Below, in pieces: positions 58,555 through 64,000 of a DNA stretch of 64,000 nucleotides (positions are counted from its first letter, which is position 1; each line of letters begins with the position of its first letter). Under the pieces are notes generated by a model. That model was not told the origin of the DNA, did not search any database, and saw only the letters and a program-made list of their open reading frames with translations. Position numbers and translations under genes: made by a program. This stretch comes from Candidatus Bathyarchaeota archaeon (lineage in GTDB: Archaea > Thermoproteota > Bathyarchaeia > Bathyarchaeales > Bathycorpusculaceae): positions 1,088,001-1,152,000 of the forward strand of contig OY970176.1 of the NCBI GenBank assembly GCA_963707955.1, in the 5' to 3' direction.

Positions 58555-58921
58555 TCTCACCCTCCATTGAGAAGTACTCGTTCAGAGCTCTGATCACCAA
58601 GTGTGTGTAGAAGACGAGACTATTGCTGAGCGCATCGAACGCTTTCTAAGCCTCACCCAAAACCTTCTGCCAAGCCCTCCTCACGCGCTCGCTTTCAAGC
58701 CCGCGCAAAGTCAGAAGGGCCTTCCCCAACACCTACAGAGAGGACTCACCCCCTAGAGGGGGAGGGTGAAATAGACGGGGTCAAAACGCGAATACAGGGA
58801 CGTTAAGCCTTCCGTTAAAACGCGAACACGGGCAACAGCAATGACAGCGATGGTTCATGAGGCGCTGAGAAAATGTTAATTAACAGCTCGGCTTATTGCA
58901 GTCCAGACGGAAGGAATAAAG

Positions 58922-59290
58922 GTGAGTGATGAAGAGTCAACGCTTCCGCCCCAAGTTCAAGAGCGTCTGCTGAGACTTCAGCAGCTTCAACAAACGCTCC
59001 AATCAGTCGTGGGGCAGAAGCAGCAAGTGCAACTGGAACTGATGGAGATCGACCAAGCCTTGAATGAACTGCAAAAACTAACCGATGACGCAGTCATTTA
59101 CAAGGCAACAGGCTCACTTCTAGTTAAATCTGAAAAAACCAGGGTAACAACAGACCTGAACGAACGAAAAGAACTGCTCAACACGCGAGTAACTGTCCTC
59201 GGAAAGCAAGAAGAGCGCTTACGAGGCCAACTGAAAGACGTCCAAGCCAAGCTTCAACAGGACCTGAACCCCGTTTCCCCAACCGCCTAG
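58922..59290 (+). CDS. pfdB: prefoldin beta subunit
   Basis: LPPQVQ, QLQQ.LQ, IYKATG.LLV. Confidence 0.95.
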   Translation: MSDEESTLPPQVQERLLRLQQLQQTLQSVVGQKQQVQLELMEIDQALNELQKLTDDAVIYKATGSLLVKSEKTRVTTDLNERKELLNTRVTVLGKQEERLRGQLKDVQAKLQQDLNPVSPTA

Positions 59291-59310
59291 CGGCAAAAAC
59301 GGGTGAAAAC

Positions 59311-59613
59311 GTGGAAGAGCTCGGCTTACCAGACTTAACCAGCGAACAGGTCGAGCAACTGTGCTCGACGGCAGAAGAAGCAGCGAGGAAGCACGTTCTA
59401 AGGCGGGTCCCATCAAAGAAGATAGAAACCCTGAACATAAGCGCTGAAGCAGACCGCACAAAACCCCTGAGACTAGCAGTGGACGTAGACATTCGGCTGT
59501 CAACGCGCGAAGAAAGTTTTAACATACAAAAACTCGCTGACGAAGCCGTGAGAGAAGCATTCGCCTCGGCTGAAAAATACCTGAGGGAACTGGCTTGTCA
59601 TACGCGGAAATAG
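59311..59613 (+). CDS. DUF3194 family protein
   Basis: LGLP.LT.EQ, follows pfdB; A.EAV..AF...E..L. Confidence 0.7.
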   Translation: MEELGLPDLTSEQVEQLCSTAEEAARKHVLRRVPSKKIETLNISAEADRTKPLRLAVDVDIRLSTREESFNIQKLADEAVREAFASAEKYLRELACHTRK

Positions 59614-60590
59614 CCAAACTCTTAGAAACACTGGATGCAAGACTAGTCGTTCTTCTATGTCACCACAACGCTGACCCGGACGCAATCTGCTCCTCGTACG
59701 CCTTCGCAAGCCTGGTCAAACAGACACGCCCGCAAACAGAAATCGAGGTCGGAGCCGCCCAAGGAATAAGCCGACTCTCAAAACATCTTCTACAATACTT
59801 ACCCATAAACGTTAAGCCACAACCCAGCGTCGAGAAAGCAGACGTAATCGTGCTGCTCGACACCAACACGATCCAGCAGTTGGACACCCTCTCGGAAAAA
59901 GTAAAAGACTCAAGAGCTCCAATCATAGTGATCGACCATCACGCAAGCCACCCCGAAACAGAAAGCCTCGCAAAAATCTGTATAACCAACGAAGAATCAT
60001 CATCAACATGCGAAATCATCTACAACTTCTACAAGGAAACGGGCATAAAGCCCGGCGAAACCGAAGCCAAAGCACTGTTCCTAGGCATAACATTCGACAC
60101 GCGACACTTCGTCCTAGCCAGCTCAACCACACTGAAAAACATCGCAGAACTCATCGACGCCGGCGTGAACGCACAGGAAACCTTAGCGATGCTCTCCCTG
60201 CCGATGGACTTCTCCGAACGAGTAGCAAGACTCAAGGCCTCGCGAAGAACCAAACTCTTCAAGATCAACGAATGGATAATAGCCCTCTCCCACGTCAGCG
60301 CCTACGAAGCCTCAGCAGCCCGAGCCCTCATCGAACTGGGCGCCCACGTCGCAGCCGTCGCAGGAACAAAAAACGGCAAGATCGAAATCAGCCTACGAAG
60401 CTCCCTTGAGTTCCACAAAAAGACCAACATACACTTGGGAAGAGACATAGCGAAACCGCTGGGCGAACACCTCCACGGCATGGGCGGAGGACACGCCACG
60501 GCCGCCGGAGTAAACGGCGAAGGAGACATAGAAATCGGGCTTAAATGGTGTTTTTCCCTTCTTAAGGAAAGGCTTGGTAGCCACAATTAA
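59595..60590 (+). CDS. DHH family phosphoesterase
   Basis: H.NADPD, LLD, IDHH, DT, GGGH..AAG. Confidence 0.93.
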   Translation: MSYAEIAKLLETLDARLVVLLCHHNADPDAICSSYAFASLVKQTRPQTEIEVGAAQGISRLSKHLLQYLPINVKPQPSVEKADVIVLLDTNTIQQLDTLSEKVKDSRAPIIVIDHHASHPETESLAKICITNEESSSTCEIIYNFYKETGIKPGETEAKALFLGITFDTRHFVLASSTTLKNIAELIDAGVNAQETLAMLSLPMDFSERVARLKASRRTKLFKINEWIIALSHVSAYEASAARALIELGAHVAAVAGTKNGKIEISLRSSLEFHKKTNIHLGRDIAKPLGEHLHGMGGGHATAAGVNGEGDIEIGLKWCFSLLKERLGSHN

Positions 60591-60646
60591 GTAGCTACTC
60601 TTAAATGAGCCGAAAACCCGCTTCAAGACAGGCAGGCATCGGTTCT

Positions 60647-61498
60647 ATGGCCGTCATCGAAACAAAAGAACTTACGTACACCTACCCAGGCGCAACAAGA
60701 CATTCTATCGAGGACATTTCCATAAAAATAGAGAAAGGCGAGTTCACACTGATCACTGGACCAAGCGGCTGCGGAAAAACAACCCTATGCCGATGCTTCA
60801 ACGGCCTAATCCCTCACTTCTACCAAGGCGAAATCAAAGGTCAGGTTTTTCTCGCCGGACTGAACGTTGCTGACCACCAGATCTATGAACTAGCTAAACA
60901 CGCAGGGCTCGTCTTCCAAAACCCGGAGAACCAGCTCTTCGCGCTTTCCGTCGAAAAAGACGTGGCGTTCGGGCTTGAAAACCTAGGAGTCCCAAGGGAA
61001 GAAATGCGCAAAAAAGTGGACTGGGCCCTAGAGTTAACAGGGATCTACGGTCTGAGGGAAAGAGCTCCACACGAGCTTTCAGGCGGACAGCAACAACGCG
61101 TTGCGATAGCCTCCGTCCTAGCGATGCAGCCTGAGGTGATAGTCCTGGATGAACCGACCTCCTTCCTCGACCCCCTGAGCGCAAGAAGAATATTCGAGAC
61201 GATCCACCAGCTGAACAAAACTCTGGAAATAACAGTGGTACTGGTGGAACACAGGCTAGACTTGACAGCCAGGTTTGCGAACCACATAATCATAATGAAC
61301 GAGGGAAAGGTCGTCTCCGACGGCGACCCTCACGATATTCTACAGTCAGAAGAAACACGTCTAATCGGAGTTGGAATTCCAAAAGCAACGCGTCTCTATG
61401 AGATGCTGCGAAAGGCCGGAGTGAAACTGGGCAACAAACTTCCGCTGTCTTCGGAAGAAATGGCAACTATGCTCAAGGAGGCTCTCAAAACCGAATGA
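60647..61498 (+). CDS. ecfA1: ECF transporter ATPase A1
   Basis: GPSGCGKT, FQNPENQ, LSGGQQQR, LDEPTS.LD. Confidence 0.92.
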   Translation: MAVIETKELTYTYPGATRHSIEDISIKIEKGEFTLITGPSGCGKTTLCRCFNGLIPHFYQGEIKGQVFLAGLNVADHQIYELAKHAGLVFQNPENQLFALSVEKDVAFGLENLGVPREEMRKKVDWALELTGIYGLRERAPHELSGGQQQRVAIASVLAMQPEVIVLDEPTSFLDPLSARRIFETIHQLNKTLEITVVLVEHRLDLTARFANHIIIMNEGKVVSDGDPHDILQSEETRLIGVGIPKATRLYEMLRKAGVKLGNKLPLSSEEMATMLKEALKTE

Positions 61499-62319
61499 TC
61501 GAAGTGAACGACATCCACTATACGTACCCAAACGGCGTGGAAGCATTGAAAGGGGTATCTTTGAAGATTGAAATCGGCGATTTTTTGGCAATTATGGGGC
61601 AGAACGGCGCTGGCAAGACGACGCTTGTGAAGCATTTCAACGGCTTACTCAAACCAAGTCAAGGAAGTGTGCTCGTTGGCGGGGTTGACACTGCAAAAAC
61701 AAGCGTGGCTAAGCTGTCTCGAAACGTCGGATTCGTCTTCCAAAACCCAGATCATCAGCTCTTCAGTGAAACAGTGGAAGAAGAAATCGCCTTCGCACTG
61801 AGAAATTTCGGGTTTGACGAAGACATAACTGAAAAACGGATAACTTGGGCCCTTAACCTTCTAGGCCTGACCCAGTACAGAAAAACCTCACCCTTCATGC
61901 TCAGCGGCGGAGAAAGAAAACGTGTGGCCTTGGCCTCAGTGTTAGCCTGGGACCCTGAAACGCTGATACTAGACGAGCCAACGATAGGGCAGGATTATGA
62001 GCAGAAGGAGAAACTGAGACAGTTCATCCTGCAAATGAAAACTCAGAGGAAAACAACGATCATCGTTACGCATGATGTCGAGTTTGTGGCTGAATGCAAC
62101 CCAAGAGTCGTGCTCATGCTGGACGGAAAAATCATCGCTGACGGAGAGGCTGGAAAAATCCTGACCGATGCACAAACCTTGGAACGAGCATCAATCGTGC
62201 CGCCGCAAATAGCTCAAATTTTCTTGGACCTGCCTGGTCTAGACCTTCCGAAGAACGTGATCGACGTTTACGAGGCGCAGAGAATCCTCCTTCAGATTCT
62301 GGAGAAACGCTCAACATGA
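61495..62319 (+). CDS. ecfA2: ECF transporter ATPase A2
   Basis: GQNGAGKT, FQNPDHQLF, LSGGERKR, LDEPT.GQD. Confidence 0.92.
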   Translation: MIEVNDIHYTYPNGVEALKGVSLKIEIGDFLAIMGQNGAGKTTLVKHFNGLLKPSQGSVLVGGVDTAKTSVAKLSRNVGFVFQNPDHQLFSETVEEEIAFALRNFGFDEDITEKRITWALNLLGLTQYRKTSPFMLSGGERKRVALASVLAWDPETLILDEPTIGQDYEQKEKLRQFILQMKTQRKTTIIVTHDVEFVAECNPRVVLMLDGKIIADGEAGKILTDAQTLERASIVPPQIAQIFLDLPGLDLPKNVIDVYEAQRILLQILEKRST

Positions 62320-63143
62320 GCGTTTTCACCGGACTCAAGTTTCGAAAAATCTACTCACCCATCCACAACCTAGACCCGAGAATAAAGTTTCTCTACGTTT
62401 GCGCAATCTTCGTCGCCGCGATCATCTTTTGGGAACTGCTACCTCTAATCGTGCTCTTCCTGATCCAGGTCCCATTCGTAATTATTGCAGGCGTCAGACG
62501 CGAGTGGGTGCGCTCAATGCGCGGAGCGGCCTTCTTGGCCATCGTGATTTTCCTCACAAACTTCATCTTCTCATTCATCGGAGCCGGCTACACGGTCACA
62601 CCTAAGAACGCTGAAGGGGCCATAGCCCTGACTCTCCGCTTCATAGTACTTGTTGAGTCATTCTCAGTCTTCTTCCTTACGACCTCGCCTGACCACTTGG
62701 GTCTAGCGTTGGAACAGACACACGTGCCTTACGAGTTCGTCTTCGCCTTCACAACCGCAGTGCGCTTTGTCCCTGTGCTGGCTGAGGAGGCACAGACAAT
62801 AATGGACGCCCAAAAAGCAAGAGGATTGGAGCTTGAACGCGGAAACTTTCTAAAAAGGATCAGAAACTACATTCCGATCCTTATACCGCTGATCGTAAGC
62901 GCGATCCGAAGAAGCTTGGAATTAGCCGAAGCCATGGAATCCCGCGCTTGGGGAGCCACAAAAAACCGCACCAACCTTTACGTGCTCAGAATGCACAGGG
63001 GCGATTTCATCCTCATAATCCTAACGATCGTAATTTTAGTGACAGCAGTCTACGTTCGCTTATTCGTAGGAATTCCGTCAGTATACGACCTCCTAAGAAG
63101 AACTCTCGGAGACACAAAGTTTTCAATCTTGACTCTTGCGTGA
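62316..63143 (+). CDS. ecfT: ECF transporter transmembrane component T
   Basis: LDPR.K, RFVP, AQKARG, AMESR. Confidence 0.93.
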   Translation: MSVFTGLKFRKIYSPIHNLDPRIKFLYVCAIFVAAIIFWELLPLIVLFLIQVPFVIIAGVRREWVRSMRGAAFLAIVIFLTNFIFSFIGAGYTVTPKNAEGAIALTLRFIVLVESFSVFFLTTSPDHLGLALEQTHVPYEFVFAFTTAVRFVPVLAEEAQTIMDAQKARGLELERGNFLKRIRNYIPILIPLIVSAIRRSLELAEAMESRAWGATKNRTNLYVLRMHRGDFILIILTIVILVTAVYVRLFVGIPSVYDLLRRTLGDTKFSILTLA

Positions 63144-63290
63144 AGGGCGTTTCGATTAACGAACCAGTCGAAACGGTCAGCAGCAGAGGAGAGAGCGCCG
63201 TCGGCTTAGACGAATTCAGGAAGACCTGAAGCGCAGACACACGACAACAGAACAAAAACTCGAAACGACGCTTTAAAGCACAGCAAGCTT

Positions 63291-63614
63291 TTATTCTTTT
63301 GCGGTCCTTTTCCCATAATTCTCTCTGACTTTCTCTGCAAGCTTGCCACTTCTGACAATGAAAGCTCCACGATATCCACAGTTCTTGCATTCCCAGATGG
63401 ACCAAAGATGCGGCAGGCCAGAAGCCCAGAAGAGGTTAGTTGAACCACACTGTGGACAAAACAACATGCCTCGCTTGTAACCAGTCCGTTTTGGCTTGAT
63501 CTCTTGTCCATCGTCATGGGCACAGTTGAACCTCTTTCTCTGCCTTCTGAGCAATCTTCGCTTTGGCAGCTTTGGTCTTCGCACACGCTCGGCGTCTTTT
63601 GTGACCCCGCTCAT
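63291..63614 (-). CDS. zinc-ribbon protein
   Basis: FCPQCGS...WECKNCGYRG; start uncertain. Confidence 0.7.
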   Translation of the reverse strand: MSGVTKDAERVRRPKLPKRRLLRRQRKRFNCAHDDGQEIKPKRTGYKRGMLFCPQCGSTNLFWASGLPHLWSIWECKNCGYRGAFIVRSGKLAEKVRENYGKRTAKE

Positions 63615-63762
63615 CCGAGGCCCAAAAACAACACTTGAGCTTTGCTTCTATTAAGGTTGACCCGCGTTAAGTGTGGTAAGGATTGGGCGTGCATATAACT
63701 TATTAAGACTCACTACACAATATATATTCAACACCACTATAGACTGTAAACCCGAAAGGGCA

Positions 63763-64000
63763 GTGAAAACTACGACAGAACAGGCAAAGCTTTCAAACAG
63801 TCGAGAGGAAGCGTCGGCAGGCGTCATCATAGAGGGCCAAACAAAGAAGCTAGCTCTCTTTAGAGAGGCCTATCCGATACAAGAACCATACGTGTACGCG
63901 GCAATTATCAAAGACCCAGAGACCCAGAAAGTACGCTACGAAATCATAGAACCAACACTTCAAGAAGAAGAAGAGAAACAACTGAAAGAGCTAAAGAGCT
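63763..64000 (+). CDS. type II/IV secretion system ATPase (FlaI/VirB11-like), N-terminal part, runs off window
   Basis: open frame from GTG: ...YPIQEPYVYAAIIKDPETQKVRYEIIEPTLQEEE, typical N-terminus of archaeal pilus ATPases. Confidence 0.7.
   Translation, partial: MKTTTEQAKLSNSREEASAGVIIEGQTKKLALFREAYPIQEPYVYAAIIKDPETQKVRYEIIEPTLQEEEEKQLKELKS

Noticed and set aside
31820-58650. In-frame TAG codons in two degraded ORFs suggesting amber recoding (pyrrolysine or alternative code)
   Set aside because: Many intact genes here end at TAG at the expected length (smc, pilin, rpoN, rpl37ae, pfdB), and both interrupted ORFs show other decay.
1646-63586. Numerous 60-236 aa ORFs antisense or alternate-frame to identified genes (e.g. 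14461-15042, 17141-17851, 54445-54960)
   Set aside because: Shadow ORFs overlapping well-supported genes, with no motifs of their own.

Overview
Archaeal chromosomal window, most consistent with a Bathyarchaeia (TACK) genome; this assignment is an inference from gene order and paralogue families. Core blocks are smc-scpA-scpB-rps8e; the rps13-rps4-rps11-rpoD-rpl18e-rpl13-rps9-rpoN-eno-rps2-MEMO1-mvk-ipk-fni-GGPP synthase-gltX-srp19 superoperon; and the psmA-SBDS-exosome-rpl37ae-pcc1-pfdB-ECF block. An accessory zone at ~20-54 kb holds three tRNAs: Met-CAT with a non-canonical 45/46 intron, Thr-GGT, and Leu-TAG with a 37/38 intron. It also holds integrase-less islets bounded by duplicated tRNA 3' ends, three toxin-antitoxin pairs, and an oxidative-stress locus. 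Most notable: (i) a repeated ~60-90 bp promoter/leader element with a GCTATARCTTTTCCGCAAAA core placed next to unrelated accessory genes, plus (CG)4 tracts at module junctions, together suggesting an undescribed gene-cassette capture/shuffling system; (ii) a pilin / coiled-coil / Roadblock-DPBB / Roadblock / wHTH cluster with no GTPase; (iii) three +1 frameshifts that all fall at the same AGACC/GGTCT context, probably modification-induced base-calling errors.
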